A DNA stretch of 64,000 nt from Laetmonice hystrix (lineage: Eukaryota): NCBI GenBank assembly GCA_965235115.1, contig OZ249440.1, positions 14,384,001-14,448,000 on the forward strand. The letters are read 5' to 3'. This document shows, piece by piece, positions 25,266 to 36,730 of the stretch (position 1 is its first letter; each line of letters begins with the position of its first letter). Position numbers and translations under genes: made by a program. The notes beneath the pieces were generated by a model. It saw only the letters and a list, made by a program, of their open reading frames with translations, did not search any database and was not told where the DNA came from.

Positions 25266-28200
25266 ACCATCACGTCCCCTGGTGGTGGTCGTGCAGATTA
25301 TGGCTGGCGTTCATTGGTTTCTTCGGCTTCGTGCACGCGTTCGCACAGCGAGTATGTATGAGCGTGGCCATTATCTGTATGGTCAACCAGACGGCGCTGC
25401 AGTTGAAAAACTCCAGGCCACAGGCAAACTTGACTTGGACAGAATGGCAAAACAGAACTCAGGAGACATTTTCAGACTGCCAGTCTATTAATACGAACGA
25501 AGAGAGGAGTTTCACGGTGAGTGGGATAAAACTGTTAAGGCCTATACCCACTAGGGCGTTTTACCGCTGCGGTCCACGCTGAGCGACAAAACGCGCTGTG
25601 GGTTCCGGCCTTATGGCAAGCACCACCGCCTTCAGGAGATATGTGGACATTTCCGATTACGTGGGAGTCCGAATTTTATCACGATGAATACAACAATAAC
25701 AGCTAAAGGCCTGAACCCACTAGCGCGTTTTGTCGCTCAGCGTGGACCGCAGCGGTAAAACGCGCTAGTGGGTACAGGCCTTTACGGTAACACTCATGGC
25801 ATGGACGCGCTGAGTGAGATAAAACTGTTACGGTAACACTCATGGCATGGACGCGCTGAGTGAGATAAAACTGTTACGGTAACACTCATGGCCTGGACGG
25901 AACAAAGTCTTTCTGCTACGAAAACGTGAACGCCAACGTGATATGGCCTTAGGGGTCACCATTAGATATCTAGACTAAAATATGTTTTTCCTACCAAGCA
26001 ATGGGGAGTAGCCTACCCGAGCGAAGTGAGGAAAAAAAATTCCAAGACCTTAAATACATCCAGGTTAAATCCATACTTTTGACATGTAACATTTTATTTA
26101 TTTTACCTTCCTTTGAGGATAAAATATTTATTTCCTCCATGCCTGGTGCCAATTTATTTATTTTAGACCATTTCCCCCACGAAAATATTTATTAAAAAAA
26201 AAGCTCCAGCCCTCTCCTGGTAGTCTAATAGTGACCCACTTATTGAATTGTAGATAATTTAGCTATAACAGTGTCTGGAGCTCTACGGATGTGTCTCTGC
26301 CTTTAATGTTAGAAAACTGGAATATATTTTTATTCATATATTGATTGATTGATTGATTGATTGATTTATTAGAACTAATTCTGAGTTCTCATCATAGTAA
26401 AAAATCTAGCTTACCTAGAGGCGGATCTATGATTTTGGAAAGGAGGATCCAAGAGTAAAACCTGTCAAAAGGCGATGCATTATTGCGCAAGTTATTCGAT
26501 TCATTTTATTTTCCTAATGATAGGACGGCCCCCTGGAATGGGACAAAGGTGTTCAGGGCCACGTCCACAGCGCGTTTTTCTACGGCTACCTTGTGTCCCA
26601 AGTGCCTGCCGGTGTGCTGGCTGAGAAATTCGGTGGCAAATGGGTGTTGGCAGGCTGCATGCTCCTCTCAACCCTCGCAACGCTCATCTCTCCCGTCACC
26701 GCGACCTTCAATTTCGTTCTGTTCCTCGTCGCTAGAGGTCTCGTCGGCGTGGGCTCGGTGTGTATTGTTTAACTGGCATAAAGAGCTTGTGTACTACTCA
26801 GGAAAATGCTACTTACCTCGGCGTCATACCTGACGGAAATATTAACTAAGTTCTATTGACCACTATCAGGAGTAGGTCATTTCGATGGGACAGCCATCAT
26901 TACGGAGGAATGCCCTGTGTTATTTTCCCGGTCCACTGACCATGCTGACTGTTCCATTGAAATAACCTACTCCTGACAGTGGAATGTTGGACTTTAAAAG
27001 GTATGAGGCCTCGGTAAGTGGGATTCCCCCGTGTATATAATAGGTTCACAGTGTAACATGTCTGTATATGACAACCATTGCTGCGAGTGCATTCATGGCA
27101 AAGTGAATTAATCTGTGATGAATTTAGAACGCTCATAGAACGTTACCAACCGTGATATAGATTCTGGAGGATGCATAGCGGGATCAACATTAATTTTGTT
27201 TTTTTATTATTGTACACTACATTGATCCGATTCTTACATTATTTATTATTATCGTACGTGCGAAATCCATGTTTAATCGCCTGAATGGAGCAGCTATGTA
27301 ATAAACATTGAAAGCAAGGATTATAGAGTGACACTCTATAATCCTTGGTGAAAGCGCCACCGTTACAGGGCAGGCGGATGGTTACAGACGCTATATAATT
27401 TTTCTCTTTTTTTTTCCGGGGGTAATTTTATTTTTAAACAGGGAGCTATGTTTCCGGCCATGCACAACATTTGGAGTCACTGGGCGCCACCTAACGAGAG
27501 ATCGACACTGACGAGTTTGACATATGCCGGTAGGTGGTGTCGATTATGTAGAGACCATTATGTTTAGAATTGTTGTATTGGAAACAATTTATCGTGCAGT
27601 TTACAACTCCTCAATTCGGGTCCCAGGTAAAAATTCCTTCCGTTTACAAGAACACAAACAGAAGACATTCGACTTTCATTAAGTGCCGGATTGGTTCTCA
27701 CATTATGAAAAATCAAACCTTATGTCATAATTTCTGTCATGGCAGGTTTGAAATTGTTGTTTACTTGTTTATTGCCCCGGGATCGACTTGTTAACTCGGA
27801 TTACATGTATTGTAGGAGGGTTAGCCTGAGTTTATGTTAATATTGTATATCTGTAAACCATCTCCAGGGGCGTGGATGGGGAACGTGATCACCCTACCGT
27901 TTTCAGGACTCATGTGTCGGCGTGGTCCTATCGGCGGATGGCCCTCTATATTCTATTTCATTGGTAGGAATAAACAAAAACCTCTAGGCAGTCCAATGCC
28001 GTGTGCATCAAGGGGGCTTTTCTTTGTGGTCGTCCAGATCCCCCTGCCCTCCACAAACAGGCACCCCCAGTAGGCTATAGTTTGGTGGCCAGGCAGATGC
28101 AACTTTTGGAAGCCCTCTTTCAGACCTGTGCATGGACACGCCCTTAAGGACCACATTGTACTAGTATAAAGCCCCATCTATCTTAATGAATCAATTATAA

Positions 28201-31200
28201 TACATTATAGACCTAGACGGAAGATGCCTTGTAACATACACCTTTATTATATTAGACTATAGTCAAATTTGGTTTCATCTGTTTCCACATTAATATTACC
28301 ATTAGGTCTATGTCTATAACATCTTCTCTCATGATTCCAGCGGAGTTATGATTTATCCCAAGTAATGGAATTTGATCATGTTACGTGATTTGATTCTGCC
28401 CGATCTCCTGACTGAAGGTGGGAGCTCAGCAGTGTGGTTGATATTATGGAGCGTGCTGGTTTTCGACACCCCGGCGAAAAATCCGCGTATATCGGCGGTG
28501 GAACGGGATTATATCACTCGATCTCTCCATGGTCAGGTGGCCAAAAACCCTGCTAAAAAGGTACTTGGTTAGGTGGCCAATAACCCTGCTAAAAAGGTAC
28601 TTGGTTAGGTGGCCAATAACCCTGCTAAAAACATACTTGGTTAAGTGGCCAATAACCCTGCTAAAAAGGTACTTGGTTCGGTGGCCAATAGCCCTGCTAA
28701 AAAGGTACATGGTTAGATGGCCAATAACCCCACTAAAAGATACTTGGTAAGGTTGCCAATGACCTTGCTAAAAAGGTACTTGGTTAGTTGGCTAATAACC
28801 CTGCTAAAAAGGTACTTGGTTAGATGGCCAATAACCCCACTAAAAGATACTTGGTAAGGTTGCCAATGACCTTGCTAAAAAGGTACTTGGTTAGTTGGCT
28901 AATAACCCTGCTAAAAAGGTACTTGGTTAGGTGGCCAATACCCCTGCTAAAAAGGTATTTGGTTAGGTGGCCAATAACCCTGCTAAAAAAGTACTTGGCT
29001 AGGTGGTCAATAACCCTACTAAAATTTTGAGGTAAACAGATTAAAAAAGCGGTGATAAACGAGACATTACTATATTGTATTACCCTGGTTAATTTGTATG
29101 GGTGGATTGAGTAAAATTTTGACTAACATTTTAATGTATGCACAGAAAAGAATGCCCTGGTTGCGTATGCTGACGTCACTTCCGGTATGGGCAACGGTGA
29201 TCGCGGGTTTCACGAGTGACTGGGGTCTCTACACGTTCCTCACCAACATACCCACTTACCTTCACGAGGTCTTGCATCTCGACGTTCAATCGGTCAGTTA
29301 TATTAAAGCATTAAGTCATAATCTGTTCCTCTTTCTTGAAGGTCGTATATATTTTTGTACACTCGACTCCGGATGTGACATGGAAGAATCTAAAACCATT
29401 AAAAAAAATACCCACTATTTAATGGGGTTTCGTGCTGACAACTTTACCACCAGGAGGCGCCACCAGTCGTTGCGGTAATGTGCGGAACTAAAACGCAGTT
29501 TAAGAATGGTAAATCGCTCACCGATTGGTAATGTAGCATCACGTGTAACATTAGGAGACTTAATATATCTGTTTGAAGTTTTAAAGATATAAAGCAATCA
29601 TTTTAATATAAATTTTTCAAAGCAGCTCTGTGCTCGCACCATTCACTGTCACTGTCTGTGAGGCAACCAGTAGCAATACCAACAGAACATTACTACTAAC
29701 ACCATCTATCGGTATTGGTGCCCTATTAAACAGATCTGTATGTGGTTTGAGTCTACGTATAAAAAGGTCAGAAGTCGAAGTCAGTTATTTATCATAGTTT
29801 TTATTTTGCATTGAAGCCTACTTTTAACATTATCAATCTTCAAATTAAATAGTTCGGAATGATGGATGTATAAATGCAATTAGCTGTCTGTATTGTTTAC
29901 ATTACCATTCACCATGAAAATATCCTTACCAGCCAGGGGGTTTTGGGGTTGCCCGGAATACACACACCCCTTACGAAATCGGGCGGTATGAGTTAGAGAA
30001 AGGGATAGCGATAGAGACGTCGTTCTGTTGGGGGCGGGGCTCCGGGTCTGGGGACCGAGGAAAAGATTTAATGAGCGCTAGAAACAAAAGATAACAGAAA
30101 GGATTATCATTAGCGTCGTAGAATTGTACAATATATATTTATTTATCAAAGAATGAAAGCTGTAATCATGAATGTGGCGAGGGTCAAAACTGAATGACGC
30201 ACCAAGTGGCCACTTGACGCCAACTCTGTCTGTTCGGCGATGCGCAACTGAAGCAAAGGTTCTCGGAGACCAATCTTGACGAAATAGTCACTGCTGGAGT
30301 CGCATTCACTGACCCTCATCCAATTCACAACGTCATTACTATCGGATGAAAACACCCAGCAGAGAAACTCCTCCCCAGCTGGGTTCGTGTGCCCCTCCGG
30401 AGTTCTAGTGATGAGAAGATTGGCGGAATAATCCACACTGAACGTGGCCAGGCACTGAAACGACGATCTGGGAGGGTGGTTGGATGTGGGGAGGCCTTTG
30501 TCATCCCGACAAGATGGAAAGACAAGCCCAAACGAGTCGTTTTGATCATGACGTATCACCTCTGCCTTACACACGTCGCCAGACTGAAGTGTCAGCTGAA
30601 ATACTGTAATGTTCAGGTTACAGCGGACGGTGGGTGGGTCGGGACTGGTGCTAACAAGATTCTGCCAGTTGGAAGGCCCTGGACGGAAATCTTCGCCTTG
30701 GTTTATAGGAGCCGCCTTGTAATCAGTCCTAAGACACCACCATTCCCATCCGTCCTGAAGGAGCCATTTCTTACCATTCTCACTGTATGTGAGCTCTGGG
30801 AGAACCACGCTAGGGTTGCTCATTCGGATACTGATGACCGCTTTGCTCCTGGCGGCTAGCTGTACGGCAGTCACTCTTGGACTACATCCATTGTCGAACT
30901 TCTGCACCATAATGTATTCCTTTGCCGATTTGGAAATCATTTCCCGGGCAGGCCAACATCCTGACTCCCCAAATGTTCTGTAGGTCCCGAAGGAAGGGAC
31001 TATGAGAGTGTGTTTGCCAATGGTAACTACTTCTTTTCCCTGGGCACGGGTGTGTTTGACCCATGTACCTCTAAATTCGGCAGGGTTCGTAGCTTTACCC
31101 CAGGGCACCTCATCTGAGCAGGCCTTACATGTTCCTCTACAAACCTGGTTAACCCCGCTGTCCAGGCAAAGGGGTGACTGTTCTGGGAAGGCACAGTCGG

Positions 31201-34200
31201 GACTCTCATCACCACAGACACCATTGCTGACAGGAAACTTCCTTAATGAAAATCTCCGATACCGACGACTGTATGAAAGAGGTAGCTGTGGCGTGGTGTC
31301 GCAAACGCCGTCATAAAAGACGTACAAATCGAAGTGGTTGCTATGACGTGACGTATATCGAATACAAGGGATATCAGACGCATCCGTCATGCTAATAACC
31401 ACCAGAAACGTGTTTGCCCCTTGGGTCCAATTAGAAAGACAGAACTTCCGCAGGTTAACGTCCTTTGGGAGTTCTGGACAGGCATCGCTACGTTTGACGC
31501 CAACGTGGTGGAAGAGCATTCCTTCTCCTCGCTCGCACTCGTTTTCGATCTTCAAAGGGGGCACGCTCACTCCTGTGCACAAGGCGTTGTCTTCTTCGTC
31601 GAATATCTGCGCAACAACGTAACCTCCAAGGAGGGGACACGGATTGTATCTCTGTCCTTCGTTTCTTTTCTCCTGCCAGTATTCCTCAGATGGGCGATAA
31701 TACACCAACGGAGAATCCATCAACACTAATGATGAACTATCACACAAAGAAAACACTTTCACTGATGATAGCTGACCAAGTTTCAATTGGACAACATTAA
31801 CATCTCGAACAACAAACTGCAAGCATGTGTACGTCGTGGGCACGCCAACTTTGACAACGGACACCAAAAAGCTATTGTCCTCGAACGCTTCTTCGCACAG
31901 ATACGTGAACGCGAGCGTTGCTTCTTCGGGATTTATTTTAGTGACATACTCAAACGCCATCTGGTGGTCGACAACGGTAACAAGTCGGTGAAGATGTTGT
32001 ATAAATGAGTGGTAATCTGGAGACATTATTTTCCAAGGCGAGTACGTGTTGTACATGTTGGGTGGAAACAGACACGACCCGTGAACACGTGTCAGACACG
32101 TGGCCACAAACCACGTGATCAGTGTAACGTATCCGTCCATCCCCTCAGATCTTGTAAACTTTTTCAGCGGATGTCTATGTAGTCAGCGTATCTCATCACC
32201 GGATCTAGATGCGCAGGATACCCATCCTAAAATACTAAGAAAAGGTGTGGGCATTTACTATCTCTTTTTTACTAAAATATAAAATGGTTATTTTTTAGTT
32301 CACTGCAGTTATCAAATTACATCGTTCTGTCCTGCTCTTCAATCACGTCTAGGCCCCTATGCATTTTTTGGCTCAGGTCAGGTTTTGACACCACATAGGC
32401 CTGTACATATTATGTTTGACCGCAAATGTCTTTATCCTACACGTCGGTACCTTACGACACTGATTTCCTACGGCCTTAGGGCCTGGACAACTGGCCCACC
32501 GTAGGCTTGGAAACGAAACTGCACAGGTGATGTGCTGATATAAATAGGTCGCTTCAGGTACAGCCCCTACACTGGTTTTTATTCTGCTTGACCAACTTTC
32601 CAACTGGGAGTATGTAACACAATACGACCTGCCGTACGTAGCTCTTACACTGCTGCACTATTCAGCTATAAGGTGGTGCTATATATAGGAATTTGCCCCC
32701 ACAACTCAAGTATAGCCTACAGGTGTCTTAATTTTGTTGTCTTTTTGAAATGTCACATGTCCTGCCAATATACCTATAGTGGTACCAGCTAAATACGCGC
32801 CACAGTGGGCTCCTTAAAGTTTTCTTAATGCTGTACTTACCTGATGTAAAAGTGTGGATAACTCGTGGGTAAAATCAGAACGGTCGTGCACTCCGACGAT
32901 AGACCATATGAGAGGCCACTGTTTGGTGTCTGGTGTAGTAGAAGGCCTCGCGGTATCCTCATCCGAACATGTTGCCCCAACATTAGGCCTATCGCTGTAT
33001 AGACGCCATCACAAATGGTATGCTCTGCTCTCTTCCACTGACTGTGTCTGCTTAATGCTCGACGAATCTAAGCAGACGATAATTGAACCTCGTAGATTCC
33101 TGTTATGGTTGCCCGCGCGGACAGTTAGTGGAGCAAAAAATAGGGCAAGTCTGTTTAAATCTCATGCACTGTTGGCTCCACATGTGGGATATACCGTACA
33201 GTGTGCAGGCTATAGCCGGAGTCGGATAGGCTGACCCGTGCACATCTAACACTGGTGTATATAAGCCTAATATATCGGTGACCGAGGCACTTGTCCACCA
33301 TCCTACCACACACAGGAATTCAAGGTCACCGAAAATATGATAGGGCCTGTGTGTTGCATGTGTATAACGGCCTATGTCGTAATGTCTATAAACACTTGCA
33401 CATAAGGTCAGTAGGGCAACATTTGTATAGGTCTGTAGAAGCTCCCAACGGCCTATATATAACCCATTTTCGCCTCCTTATGTAATAAATCTATAAATTT
33501 ATGTATCTACACAGGCCTAAATTGATTGATTAATTTATTCGTTTATTTACTTAGTTAGTTATAGTCATGTTTGTGTGTGTTTATTTTTCACTCATTCATT
33601 CATTCCTGGGAAGGATGACTAGATGTTTGTGGCTAAAAGCCAGTCATTGTGTGGTATAAAAAAACACGTGAAGTGGAATCATTTGACACAGTACAAATAC
33701 CACACTGATAGGACAGATATAGATCTGATCACATGTGTGAGGACAATAAATATATACTGCCACCTTTTAATTCCATAACGGGTTATCGTTGAGGTATATT
33801 TTAAAACCTCTCTATACGTCAGGAAGGGAATTTAGGGGCAAAAGCTGATGGTATGACCAATATACATGTAGGCCTACGATTGTTTTGCTATTTCAGAACG
33901 GCCTCTACTCTGCTCTCCCGTTTCTCGTGTTGTGGGGTAACATGAACGTTTCCCCACTGGTTGCGGACAGACTCCTTGCGTCCGGGTACCTCAGTACAGG
34001 CGCCGTACGCAAACTCTTTCATTGTATCGGTAGGTGGCCTGTATACCATTATATGGTAACATAGGGGAGGGGGGGGGGTTCCTTTCTTGTCCCTGCGCGC
34101 GTCATCTAAAACCCCTTGCATCAAGTCTATTTTTCTGAAACATCCGACTGCTCCATTGGTTCTTTGGCGTCTGGTGGAGCTATGAGGTTTCCACGTTTTT

Positions 34201-35400
34201 TTCACAAATATTGAACATCGTTGCATTATATTTTTGTTTTCTCCAATTAAAATGTCTTCATGTAGGCCCTACCCATTGTATGGTTGCAACGATTCATTGT
34301 TTCAGTTAGTGCAGTGCGAAATGGTGAATATGGCATGACAGCGCCATATCTCGTCGGCGTTCCGCCGCATATTTGCCCTCGGCTACGCCTTGTGTATGTT
34401 ATCACAACTTAACACTGGCCCTCGTCCCGTCATGCAATATATACTAAAATATTTCTATTTAGGAGCTGTTGGCGCGGCAGCGTTCCTGCTGGCCTTGTCG
34501 TTCGTAGACTGTCGCCATCCTGCCTTGGCCATATCCCTACTAACGCTAGGTGTCGCTATCACCGCTGCTTCCTACTCAGGCTACTTCATCAACATGATGG
34601 ACTTTGCTCCAAAATACGCCGGTACTCTTGTTGGATTTGCTAACAGTCTGGCCGCCTGTTCAGGCTTCATTGCACCCTACGTGGCTGCTGCCTTGACGAC
34701 CAGTGTAAGTCCGTTAACTTCAATTAGGAACATGCCTTATGGAATTAATGAGAGTAGGCCTATGTGGCGAATACTTCATAACGATGCAGAATTTCAGAGC
34801 ATTGATACCAACAGGTCACGACAGCTCCATTGTGATCCAATATAACGAAATTTAACTCTTACTCAATTTCGCTCATGGTAAAACATGTTTGACTTCCCTG
34901 ATGGTACCGAATGGGCATCCATCACTAACCAATTCAACCTGGCGGCAACTCCTATAAAGTTTATAACTCCAATGGAAATATAGGTCAACGACGAAATTCT
35001 AGATGAGAAAAATAGGGGTAGATCTATCACCCCTAGGCTACAGACGCGAAATGATGGGTGGCCTAGTTTGAAGACATTATATTGTTTAAGTTTGTTTCCA
35101 TTTTCTATACGACAGCCTATTCCCTTTTATTTGTAGCGCACACAGGCAGAGTGGCAACATGTGTTTTTTGTAGCAGCGGGCGTTTACTGCGCAGGCGCGA
35201 TGATATTTTGTATCTTGGGGTCGGGAGAGTTGCAGTCGTGGGCCGACGACGCGGCCGACGACGAGATGACCAACGACGTGGAGGGGAAATGTGAAAACAG
35301 TCACGGTATCTTGACGTCGGATTCGTTAAAACCGGCGACATCTGAAATAACGTATAATTTCCAAGTCAACGGTACTACTAGGCCTATACCTCTGAGTTAG
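25266..35400 (+). CDS. SLC17 family (sialin-like) MFS organic anion transporter; at least 9 coding exons, start codon not located
   Basis: GT-AG exons in consistent phase: 25266-25516, 26524-26757, 27442-27529, 27868-27963, 28418-28560, 29146-29292, 33897-34029, 34463-34704, 35137-35400. Motifs [98 protein letters not shown]. It lacks the VGLUT TM7 Arg (GFTSDW). Candidate extra coding exon at 25053-25192. Confidence 0.92.
25517..25900. repeat. 46-bp tandem repeat starting at the SLC17 splice donor, interrupted by the MITE
   Basis: Unit GTGAGATAAAACTGTTACGGTAACACTCATGGCATGGACGCGCTGA, about 3 copies; the first begins at the donor GTGAGT (25517). Confidence 0.85.
25538..25781. mobile_element. 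PIF/Harbinger-type MITE (244 bp), TTA TSD
   Basis: AGGCCTATACCCACTAG...CTAGTGGGTACAGGCCT termini; TTA at 25535-25537 and 25782-25784. Each end is itself a roughly 75-bp hairpin. The empty site is visible in neighbouring repeat units. Confidence 0.85.
26861..26981. mobile_element. 121-bp foldback/MITE with CACT...AGTG termini in SLC17 intron
   Basis: CACTATCAGGAGTAGGTCATTTCGATGG and CCATTGAAATAACCTACTCCTGACAGTG form a 28-bp inverted repeat with 3 mismatches. Confidence 0.6.
28534..29030. repeat. 36-bp minisatellite (about 13-14 copies) spanning an SLC17 exon/intron boundary
   Basis: Unit AGGTGGCCAATAACCCTGCTAAAAAG|GTACTTGGTT. The first copy is the exon 3' end plus the donor at 28561. Confidence 0.95.
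30146..32140 (-). CDS. Uncharacterised 664-aa secreted, probably GPI-anchored Cys-rich protein; nested antisense in an SLC17 intron
   Basis: Uninterrupted 1995-bp ORF. Signal-peptide-like N terminus ([21 protein letters not shown]), hydrophobic C-terminal tail, central ShKT-like segment (CGDESPDC...C...CRGTCKAC). Two modules carry CxFP/GTW, CPLLGGY and CLSNW/CLATF motifs resembling invertebrate DUF7042-7044-type proteins. Possible 5'UTR acceptor at 32227-32228 and donor at 32839-32840. Confidence 0.88.
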   Translation of the reverse strand: MDGYVTLITWFVATCLTRVHGSCLFPPNMYNTYSPWKIMSPDYHSFIQHLHRLVTVVDHQMAFEYVTKINPEEATLAFTYLCEEAFEDNSFLVSVVKVGVPTTYTCLQFVVRDVNVVQLKLGQLSSVKVFSLCDSSSLVLMDSPLVYYRPSEEYWQEKRNEGQRYNPCPLLGGYVVAQIFDEEDNALCTGVSVPPLKIENECERGEGMLFHHVGVKRSDACPELPKDVNLRKFCLSNWTQGANTFLVVISMTDASDIPCIRYTSRHSNHFDLYVFYDGVCDTTPQLPLSYSRRYRRFSLRKFPVSNGVCGDESPDCAFPEQSPLCLDSGVNQVCRGTCKACSDEVPWGKATNPAEFRGTWVKHTRAQGKEVVTIGKHTLIVPSFGTYRTFGESGCWPAREMISKSAKEYIMVQKFDNGCSPRVTAVQLAARSKAVISIRMSNPSVVLPELTYSENGKKWLLQDGWEWWCLRTDYKAAPINQGEDFRPGPSNWQNLVSTSPDPPTVRCNLNITVFQLTLQSGDVCKAEVIRHDQNDSFGLVFPSCRDDKGLPTSNHPPRSSFQCLATFSVDYSANLLITRTPEGHTNPAGEEFLCWVFSSDSNDVVNWMRVSECDSSSDYFVKIGLREPLLQLRIAEQTELASSGHLVRHSVLTLATFMITAFIL

Positions 35401-36730
35401 AATGAAGAAATGGAAGGAGATGTAGGCCTATAATATAGGCACATAGGCCTATAGGCTATAGGCTATAGACACTTTACTGCATATTGGCGGACATTATAGG
35501 CCCTACATCTCTAGGCCCTACTTAGATCATCTTTGGTTTTCGATCTTCAGACTTCATTCCATGACGTCACGTCCTGCACATTGACGCGACTTCAGTGTTT
35601 CTTCATTTTTCTTTTCTCAAAGTTATTGAGCTTCTTCTTTAAGTTGTCGCCCTAATCTGAATAGTATAGGCGTAGGATTGATTTCTTATTATTCGTATTG
35701 ACTTAATCAGGGCCAGAGACTCTCAAAGTGGATAAAAACTCGTCCCGATATAAAAAAAACATAGATCTAGAGCTGAACATGTGTACATGTATATATATTT
35801 CCTGTAAATAAACATAGCTACAGACAGAATTATGCAGCCATTTATGATGGAATTGTGTCTAAAACGGCTTTTCATGCGATTCTTGGCTCCTCACTGAAGA
35901 AGTTGACTATGCGGGTGTGTAGACTTAAATCCTGAACCTTGATGGGCGAGGTGCTGAATACGTTCTCTTTCAAATAAGGAAAAAGGCCCTATGCCTCTGG
36001 TGAACAAAAAACGAGCTAAATAAATCTGCGTCTATGGCGTCTTGCTTCGGTGGCGCCCCTGTAAAGTTCTTTTGGACGTAGCACTGACGTGGCGGAGCAG
36101 GGAGTAGGCCTACGTGCATAGATCTAAAGACATCTTCAAATTTTTATCCCAATTCTTATATAAACAAAATTGTAAAAATGGTTTCGTGCTCTGGAAATAA
36201 TGTGCCAAGACTTACGATAAAACAACAATTAGGCCTAAGGTCCAGCACATTTAAAGGTGCTATTCGTGAAAAAAAGTTCATTTTTTTTTTTATTTTGTTG
36301 ACGTTTATGTGATCCCACCTATCATGGAAATAGATTCACAACAAAGGAAATCAAAATCTTTCATGGATAACGGCACAAATGGGGCTCTCTCGGAAGGCCT
36401 GTGGAGACCCTGACACGCCCCACCATAGGAAATGGCTCTATCTCGGTGCGCACCGAGATAGGTTTCAAATGCTGCACACAAACTAATAGAAAGTATGATC
36501 AGGCCAATGGTATCGGTAGGAATTTTTTCTAGTAGGCCTACTATATGTGCACAATGTATGCACGGCTACCAAACAAACCATGCGCACTCGCAATGCTAAA
36601 ATCGCTTATAGGTCTACGATGAGAAACAGTTAATGAAAGTCCCGCCGTTTGTGCATGTCGCGTGTCCTACTGGGGTTAGGCCTACCCGTATTGGCCGCCC
36701 AAACGCAGCCCATAGAATCTTGCTGGCTTA

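Noticed and set aside
28444-29030. ORFs with [12 protein letters not shown] repeats
   Set aside because: Off-frame translation of the intronic 36-bp minisatellite.
25266-35400. Calling the SLC17 gene a vesicular glutamate transporter or a strict SLC17A5 orthologue
   Set aside because: It lacks the VGLUT TM7 arginine, and invertebrates have expanded SLC17 paralogues, so orthology needs a phylogeny.
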